64,000 nt of DNA from Eledone cirrhosa (lineage: Eukaryota): contig OZ024753.1 in NCBI GenBank assembly GCA_964016885.1, positions 2,232,001 through 2,296,000 of the forward strand. The letters are read 5' to 3'. The position numbers were made by a program, and so were the translations under genes. Of the stretch, positions 44,787-59,057 are shown piece after piece; position 1 is the first letter of the stretch, and each line of letters begins with the position of its first letter. The notes beneath the pieces are model-generated. The model was not told the origin of the DNA, ran no database searches, and worked only from the letters and a program-made list of their open reading frames with translations.

Positions 44787-46301
44787 AAGAAAAAAAGATG
44801 AAATCGAAAATGCAACTGAAGTCTTATTTTTTTAAAAAATATATATATTTATTTGGTTCCTTTACCGGTTTCGCAGTTCTTCTGCTTTTCAAAAGGTGAG
44901 TTGAGATGGAGGGTCTGTGGTTTTTCTCACATCTAATATATATATATACGTGTTAATCATCATTTATTCGTTATATATATATATATATATATATGGTAGT
45001 GCCCCAGCATGGCCTTAGCCCATTGGCTGGAACGAAAATAAATAAATAAATAAAATATATGTCTGTGTGAGTGTCTGTGCGTTGGTGCATACATCTACTA
45101 TATTGTGTTTTATTTATATATCTTTTTCAACTGAACATACCAGGGATGATTTTCGCGGTGAATTAAACATGGTAACATGTTTTCATTTTTGTTTGCACCT
45201 GACTAACTGCCTGTTCTTAGATATTGTATCCTCTCCGTATACCTAATAGTGTAAGAAACTCATATTACTTGAGGCAGTGTATTTGATATACACAATAGTG
45301 GACTGCGTTTGGTGCTATATCCGGAGATGCCAGGAGAAAAGAAACATTACAGTTCTTTTTTGTCTGAAACTGTAAATTTAAATGTATAAATGCGTGTGGC
45401 TGGGTGTACCATACTTTTAATAAGAACATTAATCCGATGGCTGAGAGCCTTTTCTGTATGTTGTTCATTATTCTTTGTTAATGCGATTCTATTAAAGTTG
45501 GCCATCTGTACGAGAAAAATATCTAGGAGGAACGAGGTTCGATATCTCCTAGCGGCCGAATGCAACTTCTTTTTATCCGTCTATTATAAATTATTTCATA
45601 GCATCTCCATACATGGACGTACAACATTTTCTATAAACCTTTTCCCCTCAGCGCTTCGTAAATATCCAAAAAATCGGACACGTATACATGCTATTTAATA
45701 ATTTCGAATAATGACCCGGAACATAATCTTTAAAGGGTTTTCTATTCAATAAACGAAAATGCATGCAAAATGATGTAGAAATTGAAGGATACATGAAATA
45801 TTACTGAAAACAAATAAGAAATGTAAAGCAAAAAACAAATAAGAAATAGAAAATAAAAAATAAAATGGGATTAATAAAAATAAATAAAATCAATCCAGAA
45901 AATAAAATAAAATGGAGGTTACCACATGGAATTTACAAGTATTGGTTAATTGATCTCGTGCTGGGGATTAACATAACTAGAGATGAGCTGATATAACCAC
46001 TTGCGTGATCCTATTATAGAAGCAATAATAGTTAATTATTTACTAATTAAACTATAGTGATGATATTATTTTAGACTCCATAAATGTGTAGAACGTAGGT
46101 TGAGGAGCAATAGAATGACTGAGAAATTGAGAGATATCCACAGGAATACACATTACACAAAATATTTGATAATATTCTCACTTGGTTGCTCGCTTAAACT
46201 AATTTCAATGAAGATCTCAATAATTTGAATTAATGTAAAAATCTTGAAGAGATGATATTCCGTTCTAATCTGCATCACATCGATATCTGATGCATTAAAC
46301 A

Positions 46302-46344
<43 letters not shown>

Positions 46345-46348
<4 letters not shown>

Positions 46349-46590
46349 CGGATAAGATTCCCGAGATCCATGGACGAGTTCTCTCCAGCGGAGATAATGT
46401 CCCTCATTATCGCTGCCATGTCCTGCGTCTCCAACAGACCAGTGTCTGTCCTTAGGGCATCAACATACGTTAACCTTGGTCTTCCTCTTCCAGTGTGTCC
46501 ATGTAGGGGCTCCCACAGGAGCACTGATTGCAATGTCAACTCTGGATGTCGGTGAGCTTGTCCAGCTAACCTCAGTCTCCTCTGTGTCAC
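46345..46590 (-). mobile_element. RTE-like LINE 3' fragment flanked by (TA)n
   Basis: ORF QRRLRLAGQAHRHPE..VLLWEPLHG..GRGRPRLTYVDALRTDTG matches the RTE-type C-terminus (RL..AGH..R, GRP..T..D). Confidence 0.8.
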
Positions 46591-46604
46591 TTATATATAT
46601 ATAA

Positions 46605-46788
46605 GAAAAGAGTCAGGACCCCGACGGCTGAGCTCCGGTCGTTTCGACAGCTAGATCTGAACTGTCGAAACGGCCAGAGCTCAGCCATCGGTGTCCCGAC
46701 TCTTTTCCTATTACTCCTCTACTACCCTAAATATCGAGTATTCTGGTGCGTTATGGTCCGCCTGGTTCCTTACCACACTTCATTCGTT
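46605..46788. mobile_element. Family F5 imperfect fold-back palindrome (46605-46707) plus ~80-bp tail
   Basis: GAAAAGAGTCAGGACCCCGACGGCTGAGCTC...TTTCGACAG / CTGTCGAAAC...GAGCTCAGCC...GACTCTTTTC; (TA)n flanks. Confidence 0.85.
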
Positions 46789-46920
46789 ATATATCTCTAT
46801 ATATATATATATATACATCCAGGGAGTGTAACGCGAAGTTACTGTAGGTTCAGCCAGGTGAGCACTCGATATTTAGGTTCACGTTAGTATCGAGGTGTAG
46901 AGCTAAACAGAGTGTAATAT

Positions 46921-47001
46921 AATAATTATTTCTACTTTTAGCACAAGGCCAACAATTATCCCAGTGTATTACTGGTACTTTATTTATCGACCCCGTAAGG
47001 A
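46921..47001 (-). mobile_element. SINE family A 3' fragment
   Basis: Family 3' end in reverse orientation. Confidence 0.75.
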
Positions 47002-47014
47002 TTAATATAATAAT

Positions 47015-47300
47015 ACAAGTACGAATGGTTACTCCTTCATTTATCGAATATCGTTTGTAAACAAACGACCCGATTAAAGATATGCCGTGCCGATGACAAA
47101 TCGTCACCTGTTCGTTCAACACTGGCATTGAAGAATAATAAACATTTTTCTGAGTCATTACCCTTCATTAGGATTGTATACCTCCGTAAATCTATTGAAT
47201 GGTTGAAAATAGATAGTATTTTCTTAAGTACGCATCGACTGAGTAGCCTCATTTGCATACCGAACGAGTTACGGCTGACCGTGCCTAAAACTAAAAATAA
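47015..47300 (-). mobile_element. Diverged F4/F7-related element with degenerate hammerhead (47135-47177)
   Basis: Shares TTTGTAAACAAAC..CCCGA, CGTCACCT..TCAACACTG and GCCT(A/C)ATTTGCATA blocks with F4; minus strand CAATC-CTAATGA-agggtaatgactca-GAAA-AATG-TT resembles the F7 ribozyme. Confidence 0.6.
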
Positions 47301-47313
47301 AATATATAGTATA

Positions 47314-47750
47314 CTAGCAGAGGTACCCGACGTTGCTCGGGTATTAAATAGCAGTTATGTATACCATTTATGTCAATACTTCAGTACTGCTTCGAAAACT
47401 ATACTTATACAAAATCATCGGCATTTTCCAAAAGGGGGTTCCTGCCCCCAGGGGTCCCCTACTCAATTTGTGCCAATTTTTAGAGTTCACATTCATCTGT
47501 AGAACAAACGTAGCCCATGTGTTAAATTTTGTGAAAATCGGTTGCGAACTCCAGAAGTTATGACGTTTTGTTGCATTGCATTGCAGTACTTCAGTCAACT
47601 CCAAGGAAGTGGTTAAAGGGGGTTATCTGCCGGGAGGCCCTATAATCATTATCTGGAAAAATGAAAGTGTCCATGACCATCCGGAGTACCTAAGTAACCT
47701 ATGTCTTAAGTTTGGTGAAAATACTGTAGAAATGCATACGGTTTACACAC
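47314..47750 (-). mobile_element. Non-autonomous Helitron-like element
   Basis: CTAG terminus with subterminal hairpin TACCCGA-cgttgc-TCGGGTA at the left end (3' end on minus); 5' end lost in a CA/GC microsatellite. Confidence 0.7.
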
Positions 47751-47897
47751 ACGCGCGCGCGCGCGCGCACGTGTGTGTGTGTGTGTATTAGTGTGTGCGT
47801 ATGTATATGTATGTGTATGTCCGTCGGCGCATACGTATGTACTGGCCTAAATCTTCACTATTTACTTTTACTATTTTAAGGCAAAGTTAAAATCCCT

Positions 47898-47998
47898 CGA
47901 GGTTAACTTTGCCTTTCATCCTTCCGGGGTCGATAAAATAAAGTACCAGTAATGTACTGGGTAATTGCTGGCCTTGTGGCAAAATTAGAAACAACTAT
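47898..47998 (+). mobile_element. SINE family A, 5'-truncated copy
   Basis: CGAGGTTAACTTTGCCTTTCATCCTTCCGGGGTCGATAAAATAAAGTACCAG. Confidence 0.85.
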
Positions 47999-48390
47999 TT
48001 TAATAACCTCTGTCATTTTCGTTTACAATTTTATTTACATCATTCTTAAACTCCGGGGCTAGAAATCATTCGGTTATTTTAAATAGAATATTAGTCTAAC
48101 GACTCCATTTATACCATAAATTTGCTCTTGTCTTTGCATGAAATTGTTCTTCTTGGTCCACATAACGACGTATTATCCTCGCTTTTTTTCCGTCCATTAC
48201 CAAGGAACGTCTTCACGAACCAAAATATCGTCTTCCTGTTTTCTTTCGGTTGCAACGTTTCTCGAAATATTTAATTCTGTGTTCACAGATTGAATTTTTT
48301 AGTTTCAGAAGATCCCGTTAATGTTGAAAGCAGCGATTCTTTGCTTAAACTTTCTTTCTTTCTCAACACCTCTCCCTTTTTTCTATTACC

Positions 48391-48423
<33 letters not shown>

Positions 48424-48512
48424 ACTCATACCCCCCCCCCCCTCTCTCTTCCTCTACAGAATGGAGAACAATAAAGAACGCGCAGATCGCTCTCTCTCTC
48501 TCTCTCTCTCTG

Positions 48513-48602
<90 letters not shown>

Positions 48603-48969
48603 CATGTATGTAGTTTCATAGATTTTTGAGGGTAGTAGTGTATTCAAATAGACTTATTTCAAGTAAAAATATTTATATTGCACAAACAACATTACAAATC
48701 GTTTGCAATTCCTTCAGAATGAAAATATAAACAGAGCATATAAATAAATTTACAGTAGAATAACATAACAAATATGTTTTAAATATATACATAAATAACA
48801 TTACAAATGCCTCGGTAACACTACAAAGGATGATACAATGAAAGATATATTCCTTTAATGCTACAATATTAAAGAAAATGTAAAGAGAGGGCTGAACAAC
48901 GGAGCCAACACCAGAGCAAAAGACAGCAACGTCGCGAGTACTGGGCAACCTGTCTAATGATTTTTGAGG

Positions 48970-49448
48970 CAAGCCAGCACACTCGCAGCGTTGCCTCGGG
49001 TGATGGCGAGGCTGATGCGCTGAAATATTGTTTTAAAAGACTTTTTAATGGAAATGAAGGAAAATGGAAGCTTAATGTTGAAACTTCGAACTCATGAATT
49101 TTGCAGGTTAAAATTTTGCTGGTCCGAAAACTGTTCGCGTATTTTTGTACTTTTGCACGCATAGTTTGTTCGTAACGTAAATAGACAAACAAATGACGCC
49201 ATAAAAGGGAAATAACTCGTCTCTTATCTCTATTTATACATTTGAACTGAAAAATCAATGCATTACAAATTCGACTTTTGCACTTGGCGTGGGTCGATTT
49301 GAAAATGTTTTTGTCCGATGTCTCCGTCGGACCTTCATCTATAAGTGTAGCAAGTTCACCGAAATTTGAACGTACGGTTTAGGAGAAGATGTGTGCCGAC
49401 CGTTTTAGTAGACAGACAGACAGACAACCTCAGTTTTATATATATAGA
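48970..49448 (-). mobile_element. Non-autonomous Helitron-like element
   Basis: Minus strand starts TCTATATATATAAAA...(TGTC)n, a typical Helitron 5' end; degenerate subterminal hairpin CACTCG..CGTTGC..CGGGTG near 48978-49002. Confidence 0.62.
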
Positions 49449-49491
49449 TAAAACTAAATATAAAATCAAAATTTTAGATTGACAGACGTAT

Positions 49492-49534
49492 ACAGTCCTG
49501 AAGAAGGGCAATGACCCGGAAACATGTTGATTGT
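49492..49534 (+). ncRNA. Minimal type I hammerhead ribozyme (F7)
   Basis: ACAGTC-CTGAAGA-aGGGcaatgaCCCg-GAAA-CATG-TT-GATTGT: 6-bp stem I (one G-U), intact core, palindromic stem III ACATGT. Confidence 0.72.
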
Positions 49535-49570
49535 TACAACAGTGACATATACAGCTACACACACACACAC

Positions 49571-49618
<48 letters not shown>

Positions 49619-49683
49619 GGGTGTGTGTGTTTGTATGTGTGTTTGTATATATATATATATATATGTGTGTGTATGTGTGTTTG

Positions 49684-49715
<32 letters not shown>

Positions 49716-49737
49716 CGTGTGTTTGTATATATATATA

Positions 49738-49917
49738 TAATTAGTTACAAGAATGTCATATAAAGGTACTTAGCTTTTATTGGGTTATAGACCCCAACAC
49801 ATTCAGCTTGTTATATAAAATAAAATAAAAATTCAATATTTTATATAACAGGTGGAATGAATTGGTTGTGTATAACCCAATAAAACTTAAGTATCTTTAT
49901 ATGTCACTCTTGTAACT

Positions 49918-49922
<5 letters not shown>
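49738..49922. mobile_element. Family F8 imperfect ~185-bp palindrome in (TA)n (old fold-back or MITE)
   Basis: TAATTAGTTACAAGA...TTTTATTGGGTTATA...TGTTATATAAAATA mirrored by TATTTTATATAACA...TATAACCCAATAAAA...TCTTGTAACTAATTA. Confidence 0.8.
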
Positions 49923-50014
<92 letters not shown>

Positions 50015-50718
50015 GGTGGGGGGTAGGTAAATGGAGTAATAGAAAAATGAAATATGAAAGAAAAGATACATAAGATATGTATCTATCTATCTTCCTCTCT
50101 CTCTCTTTATATATATATATATATAATATAAATGTAAGTGTGTGCGTGACTGTTTGTCAATATATGTCTTTGCGTGTGTTTATGAGTATAAAGAGAGAAA
50201 TAAAATGGTGGTAGGACAGCAATCGAAGATATAATTGATAAATGCAAAGGAAGAATAAATTTAGCTTGTGATCTTAAGTGCTATACTGATGCATCTAGTT
50301 GTGAGGGAACTAATCAACATTAAATGTTAATCGTCTTGGCATACTTCAGATGGCTGGAAGGATATCAAAGAGCTTGGCAGGCTGAGAATTATTATTTAAC
50401 TTCTCGTGCACTGTACCATAAGCCATATTTCGTTTGAAGGAACCATGAATCTTGAAGATCCTTAAGATAACACAGCAAAGAAATATTCAAAGATGAAAAT
50501 CGATAAAGATTATATCTTTATTATAGGTTAAAAGTTTTTGGCAGAAAATAAAACATTAAATATGTGTCCATGTGTTGTGTCTCAGTATTTGAAAATATTA
50601 GTCTTATGTCCCAAATTTTTTTCAGTTTCGGAATTAAAATGTAATTATATTCTTTCAGCGAAGGAGTTCAAACGTTTGAGTTACAAGTTCGTACACCGTA
50701 AATATGGCTGTAATTTTG

Positions 50719-50794
50719 GTATGATCGAGGCAAAGGTAAAAGATTAACTTACACAAAAGTGTAAGTTAATCTTTTACCTTTGCCTCGATCATAC
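50719..50794. repeat. Perfect inverted repeat, 36-bp arms, 4-nt loop
   Basis: GTATGATCGAGGCAAAGGTAAAAGATTAACTTACAC-aaaa-GTGTAAGTTAATCTTTTACCTTTGCCTCGATCATAC. Confidence 0.95.
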
Positions 50795-51496
50795 AAGAAA
50801 GGGGTGACTTGGCAGGGGCATTAAAACCTCGATAGAAGAATGTTTGTGTTATTCGGTCGCGCTCTCTGTGAAGAGTTCAAATCCTACCACGATTAAATTC
50901 GCTTTTCATCTTCATGAGGTCGATAAAAAAGTACCAATCAAGTACTTTTCTATATATCAGCATCGCACCTCCTCTCTCATTTGCAGTCACTTCCTCTCCT
51001 CGTGCGTAAGAAATCGGTTGTGTTCAGACCCCAGAAGGGATGAGCTCAACCAGGTTTAAAATGCCTAAAACACACCTGTGTCACCACGGCGTCCCAATGT
51101 CTACATCGGGACTTCCTGATTTCTATATACGTACATACAAATTACAAAGAAGCACACACAGTACTACAATAACAGTCTCAATTTGCTTTTGAGAAATTTC
51201 ATAAAATTTTACATTACTCGTACTATTTTCTAAAGCAGTATGGAATTTTATATATAAACCTTTGTCCTTCCACCAACTTAAGTGTGCTCAAATAGTCACT
51301 TGTGGGAATTTTGAAAGCTAACGATAAAAAAGTTTGAGTCGTAAATAATAACTATATTGTTGGTCAGATTCTGAAAACCGGTGAGGTCCTAACAATACTG
51401 CAACAAATGTAAAATATGTATTGAGATGTATATGATGTTAGAAAAGGAACCAGGGAATACAACAGTGGAATGGTAAATTACACACACACACAAATA

Positions 51497-52290
<794 letters not shown>

Positions 52291-55200
52291 ATGTATTACT
52301 TATATCGTTCGTAAAGCAATGTTTCACCTTGTTCTATTTGATGAAAAAATATGGAGGAATACAAAAATGAACAGGCGGTAGATCTCTTTCAAATACTATA
52401 TTGTATTGCACATTTTCCATTCCTTCTTTCTTTAGAAAGAACTATTGGAAAATATGCAATACAATGTATACAATATCTACAATAGAATATCATTGTATAT
52501 ATATATACACACAATCTTTAATAAAATATCGAACAAAGTTGTTTGTTTTTTACATGAACGAGCTTGAAAGAAATGTTGTCACCTCCAATATGTATCGACA
52601 CGCACATATAGATACATACACATATACAAACTTACCCATACATACGCTAATACATATCCGTATATTAAAAATAAAACATATATATATATGGTATATCTGG
52701 TCACACGGTTGTATCGACTTAATCGAGTATGAAAAAATTATTAGGTTTATTGGTACTTTCCTCGTGACAACATTGGTCTTGCCATATGAATCGTTTCATT
52801 AATGACAATTCATAGTTTCATCTAATGATTATTGGTGGCTATATTTAATGTCTCTTTGATTTTTCTATCCTATATTGTGCATCACTTACTGCAGTAATAA
52901 TTGACACATTTTACTCGAAATGCTATGTTTATATCAAGGACATAAATGTTATATTGAACTTCAAAAAATGCCTAGATCTTAGATGGCTTTAAACAAGGTA
53001 AGTAGCGTGGCTAAAGTAAAAAACAAAACAAAAAACAAAAAGACAAACAAACAAAAGAAAACGTTACATTGCTAAATGGTTATATATAATTGAGTGTGCA
53101 TCTTAAATGTATATACATGTATGTGTAGTTTTTCCGTTCTGGTAGAAGCTTCATTATGCCGAACACATTTTATCACATAGAGACATTATCGTTCTGTTTA
53201 AGACATGAATTTGATCATATATGCGTCGTATGGCACCCGGCGAGCATATGGTTCATAGAGCCACTGAGGTATAGCTGACCTGCTTACAAAGATTAGTGTA
53301 TTGAAAAATTATGACCTTTAGATTTCTCTTTGTGTCTTTCAACCGACAGAAAAGGTATTAAACATAACAAAATGAAAACAACAAAAACAAAAACAAATCA
53401 CTATAGAATAGGGAGATCTCTCTAATTTTGAGCTTACCTTCTATATTTTACCCAAAACAATAATCTTCAATATTTCAATCTGTGAATTTACCTTTTACTC
53501 TTGTCTACCTCTCTCCAATTCCAAGCAATATGAAATTTAATTAAAATAACTTTACGTTCGCTGTCTCCGTTGAAGGAATTCATGACATAACTTAATCTCT
53601 GAATATATTTTGTTGAGGTAAAAGTGTTTTGTTTAGAAGGTATAGCATTCCTGAAACATTTTGTATATTTTACATTTGCATTTTAATATCAGCCTAATCC
53701 GTTTCCTGTTACTAGCTGAAGCTGCAGTATGTGCAACAGTGTGTAAAAAGAGAAACGTGCGATTATTCTAGATAAACGTAAATCCCTGCCTATGGAATCA
53801 ATCAGAATGTCTAATTATGTTTTATAATAGAATTAATTTAAGAATACAGACTAAGTGGTAGATTTATGTCAATAAAAAAATGTTGGACATTCAATCCTTA
53901 ATTCTATTCTCGGATACATTCAACTGTACGCTAAGTGGCAAAACAACTCCCATATCAATAAACAGTTTCGTAAATCCAGAGATTATACAAATCCATATAT
54001 TTACAAGGAAAACAATACAGTGAAAACAACGGCATTGCATTAAGGGTTGAAATATATGTCTAACATAGGTATTACTAAGATCAGATAAGAGAAAAAGGGA
54101 TCTCAAATGTAATCTAATATAATTATTATGGGTCAAAGTCAATAAATGTGTATATAATGTATAGTAGATTTAATAATAATCAAAGCAAACGTTAAACTGT
54201 TTATTCAAATATACTTAAACGGGGATTGTATAATACAAATCTAACCTTAAACTAAATACCCATTTTCAAACATCTGTTTTAAAAGGTTTTGTCTATATAT
54301 GACTCAGTTTTCATGTTTTTATATATAATATTTTCTTCTCAGAAAGTAGGCGATCAAACAATATTATATGGCTACTTTATTTCTAGCAAAAAGTAACAGT
54401 CAATATATCTAATTATTATTTCAGCATTATGTTTGTAAACCCATTAAGTTCGCGATACGTAGGTTACATCCAACTTCCATCTCTATATATAGAGGAGCAG
54501 CTGATCATAGCTACATTCTTGATATTAATTTTGATTATTTCGTTCCCTTAATCTTTTGCAACTACAGACACAGCGTTCTGTTTTTATGGTTTGAATATAT
54601 TTTTGCTTAGTTGCGTATTTCTTTTTCCTCCTCTAGTATAATGAATATTCATGGAATTGCAGTAAGCATTCTGTCCATTTTCTTTTTCTATTTTCTGTTT
54701 TCTATTTGCATAGACTTGCAGCAATAATTCACATGGTTTATATGGAAATTAAGTAAGAGATAAATATCTGACTTCGTAGTTTTCATCTCTGAAACCAAAC
54801 TAAGAAATACAAATATAACTATATTATATGATATAATATTTATATATGAAGATGAAAAATCTTTGCCTTGTATGAATATCATCCCTTAATATAGAAGATA
54901 TAGAAACTATACAAGGGAAAACCATCCTCATAAGTAGGGGGATTTCAATCCAGAACTCAGTTAACATTCATTCTTTAACATTTCTATTGATAGAAATTCT
55001 CGCAATGCTAACTTATAAATAAAACTACCGATGAAAACCAAAACAAAAAAGAAGAATATTAAAAATACTGATACAAACGGATGTAAATTCAATGTTATTC
55101 AACTTCTTTTTCTTTCTTATATGCGAATCGCTTTAAGAAATATATTGAGTTTCTCACCTATAACAGTAAGATTTTATATCTCACCGACAGGTGCATGCTT

Positions 55201-55587
55201 TTACTTTAGTTGACGGTACATAAACCTAAGAATATGAGAAATAACTACAACTTTCTTATGATTAAATTACCATCTATTCCATGGTATGCTATTGTCTGAT
55301 TTGAACGTAACCACACGAGAAACTTTCCCACCTAAAGTCCTCGTGGATTATTGGACAGTACCAGTAGAAAATGCTGTAGAAATTCTAAATATGTGCAGGT
55401 ATGGCTGTGTGTGTAATGAGTTTATACCACAAGCATGTTCGATTCCCCTGAGTGGTTCTTTGAGCCGGCGATATCTCCCATAGTTTCAGATTGATTAACA
55501 TCTTATGAATGAGATTTGGGACCTGGAAACTGTATGGAAGACTGTTGTATATGTTTAAAGCACTCGATACGATTATATATATATATG

Positions 55588-55782
55588 TAGGAACGAGTAG
55601 GACCCCGACGGCTGAGCTCAAGCCGTTTCGACGGCTAATTCTGAGTCCAGAATTAGCCGTCGAAACGGCTTGAGCTCAGCCGTCGGGGTCCTACTCGTTC
55701 CTATTACCCACTCTACTACCCTAAGTATTGAGTATTTTGGTGCGTTATGGTCCATCTGGTTCCTTACCACATTTCCTTCGTT
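55588..55782. mobile_element. Family F5 perfect fold-back (56-bp arms 55588-55643 and 55648-55703) plus ~80-bp tail, in (TA)n
   Basis: Arms are exact reverse complements around loop AGTC. Confidence 0.92.
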
Positions 55783-56127
55783 ATATATATATATGTATGT
55801 ATGTATATATATACACACAAAAAAAAAATGTATATGTGGGGACAGCGAACAAGATCAAGTAAAAGTTTACCAATTTACTTTAATGTCCTGATTATATATG
55901 CACCCACTCTGATTTTAAAAAGTTTAAAGTGCCTAAAATATATACTGTCCAACTCTCAATTTTATCAGCCAATGAAATTCATGTCGGTTTTGAACGTAGA
56001 AGTAGATCTTAAACGTCACCAGCTTCAGAATGGCTATAATATATAATGCATGTATAGCCAATGCATGTAATGCTTTGCGTATATGACAACACAATCTGAG
56101 ATGATCTGTCGAAATGATGAAAAATAA

Positions 56128-56307
56128 TTGTTTCTACTTTTGGCACAAGGCCAGCAATTATCCCAGTGCATTACTAGTACTTTATTTTATCGACCCCGTA
56201 AGGATGAAAGGCAAAATTAACCTAGGCGGGATTTGAACTCAGAATGGCAAGGGCCGTAACTCTATGCATCAAAGCATGGCGTCCAACCCTCTACCGATAC
56301 TGCCAAG
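56128..56307 (-). mobile_element. SINE family A with ~10-bp TSD (GAAAAATAAT)
   Basis: Family core and B box; GAAAAATAAT on both sides. Confidence 0.88.
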
Positions 56308-59057
56308 AAAAATAATGAAATATGACAAATATATAACATATACCGGATTGTAGCGATATAACAAAAATGGTTTGTAAAGGATTTGGTAAGGATTTTAGAT
56401 GTGGAGGAATGTTTCTCTATACATCAGTGATTCTTTGATAGGTTATATGATAATTATATCAGAACTAGTGATTAGAACAGTTAATATACTGAATATGGAT
56501 ATCTTATATTTAATGATTACTCTTCTTAAATAAGGAATAAGACATTCGGCAGATACAAATTTAGTTTTTCCGTAAAATACATTATGTTGGTACAAAAACT
56601 GTGAATCAGAAAGCGATAGGGAGAGGGAAGATTAAGAGCAAAGAACTGAGTGAGGGTGGGGAATAGGGAGCAAAAAGAGAGATAGAGAGAGAGCGAGAGA
56701 GAGAGAGAGAGGGAGGGAGAGAGAGAGAGAGAGAGAGAAATTATTACATAATATAGAATTGTTCAGCTAAATATTCTGGTGATTACATAGTATGCCTGGT
56801 AGTTTTACTTTCCCATTCGAAAAAGGAACATTGTAAAATTAATTTAAATAGAAATAGATTATAATTGTTAATTGAGCCTAATTGTGCTTGATAGAGAAAA
56901 TAAAATAATAATTTGCAGGATAAGGTAAAGCGTTCTTAACTGATGGTGATGTAATGGGAGCACCACTCTGATACGCGACTTGTTATAAACATTTAAAACC
57001 TGGTAGAGCTCATCTCTCTTCAGATTTGAGCACATTCTATTTCTCCTAGAGGGAGAAGGAAACAAACCCAATTCTGAACTGGTATTTTGTTTATCAACAT
57101 GAGAAAGTTGACAGGCAAAGATGACTTCAACAAAATTTAAACTCGGAGCGCAAAGAGCTAGACGTGTACCAATACTTTTTCTACCCGACACTTTAGTAAT
57201 TTACTAATCATATAAAACGCGGATATTTGTTAATTATTATATATATATACGAAATGTATTGTAACAAGCCAAAATTGAAAGCAAATAAAGTGTTCGCCAT
57301 TAACTAAGTGTTTTATATTGTGAATATTAAAGTACCGGGTACAAATCTCTTCTTATCCAATGATTAAATAGTCATTGAAATTAGTACACGATGTGCAGTA
57401 GAAATCAGACGCATCGCAAAGGCTCAGAAGAAACCCTCTGTATGAAAGGCATGATTCACATCCATTTCTACTGAAGCACTTATTCACATGTGGGCATAGT
57501 TTCCAGATTGGTCTCACCAGTCAACCCGGACTTATAGCCAAAGATCCTTCAACCGACATTGAAGTCATGGCTGCCCTCGATTTCGAAAGACGAACGACAA
57601 TAACAACAACGTAGAATGGATTGATTTTGCGTAGATTAGAGTTGAAAATAATGAAATGGAAGATTAGACCTAGTATCTTTTTAAATGTCTAAGAATTTTG
57701 ACCATACCTTAAAATATAAACTGCGACGCAATTCATAATTCTCATATTGAAGTAAATTAAACATGGCAATTGGAATTGGAATACTTTATGGCAAACTAAA
57801 TATGTCAAATTCAGAAAAGAAAGGAATGTAGTTTATAGCGACCAAGATCTCAATTATGATGTATTGGAGAAGAAATGGCTTCATCTGAAATTAATCCCTT
57901 CATAATCTCTCATTAAAAATAAATTTCGTTTGCACGTGAAATTAAAAGAAAGGAACTGCACTGGCATTCTTAATGACGTATTCACAATTTGTTATCTATC
58001 ATATATGTTGATATATACAGAAAATGCGGTGATTGTATTTTGAAATATATTTCCCTATTGATGATAGAAAAATAGAAGCTTCTTGTGAGTTCATTCAATG
58101 AATCATTCTCTATAATTCACAGTCTCATAACAACGTAGGGTAGATTGCACCGAATCGAATTATTTCTTTCACTTGGATGTAAAGCAGCCAAGAGGATACA
58201 CAATGCTGACACATCAACGACTTATTTGTTAATCTAACCACTCTTCTCCCCCATGCAATTATTCATTCTTTCGATACTAGTGATTCTCAGAGGTTTCAAA
58301 GACGTTCGTATACCCCGTTGAGTCAATTAAATATAAATATAGTTTTTAAATTTGAATTTAATATATTTTGTCGTCTTTACTTTAATTTCATTCATTAATT
58401 ATTATTAATTATTTGCATTATTCACTTTAGACACTTCATTTTCCGATTCTATCTCTCGAAACGGTTCATTTTCTTTTATCTTGACCACTAAATGACTTGG
58501 TAGTATGTTGTTGTAATTGGCAAACTCACATACAGTTTCTTTTATAAAAATACTCTGACACTTATGGTTGCTTAGTAAACATTTATTGATAAAAGATAAT
58601 ATCGTTCCTGCTATATTGATTTTTACAGAGAATTTGTAAGGACCAGTGGGCAATTGTCATTGCATGGTATTCCATCCTTTGAAATGTGTTTTCTGTTTGA
58701 CTACCACATAAACCCACTTTTAACAATTGTTTCGTTGCTGGTGAAATCAGTTTTATGCGGCAAAGTCATAATTTTTATGCATCTTTCAAGTCATTTCGGA
58801 ACAGTTCGGGGCAATGAGAGACATTTCTGTGTTCGCTGAACCTAATTAAAACAGCAACCAAATTCTCTCACCATAATGCATTTCCCTAAACCAATCAGCG
58901 TATTGGACAATGTAGCCGCTGATGAGAAAACGATATATTTATGGAATGCCTACAACCATAGCTAGGCTCACTCCCAAGTGACATGGAGCTAAACAAGAAC
59001 AGGAACCAACAACACATTTCATCAGTTATATTATAACACATTATTATTAAAATCTAA

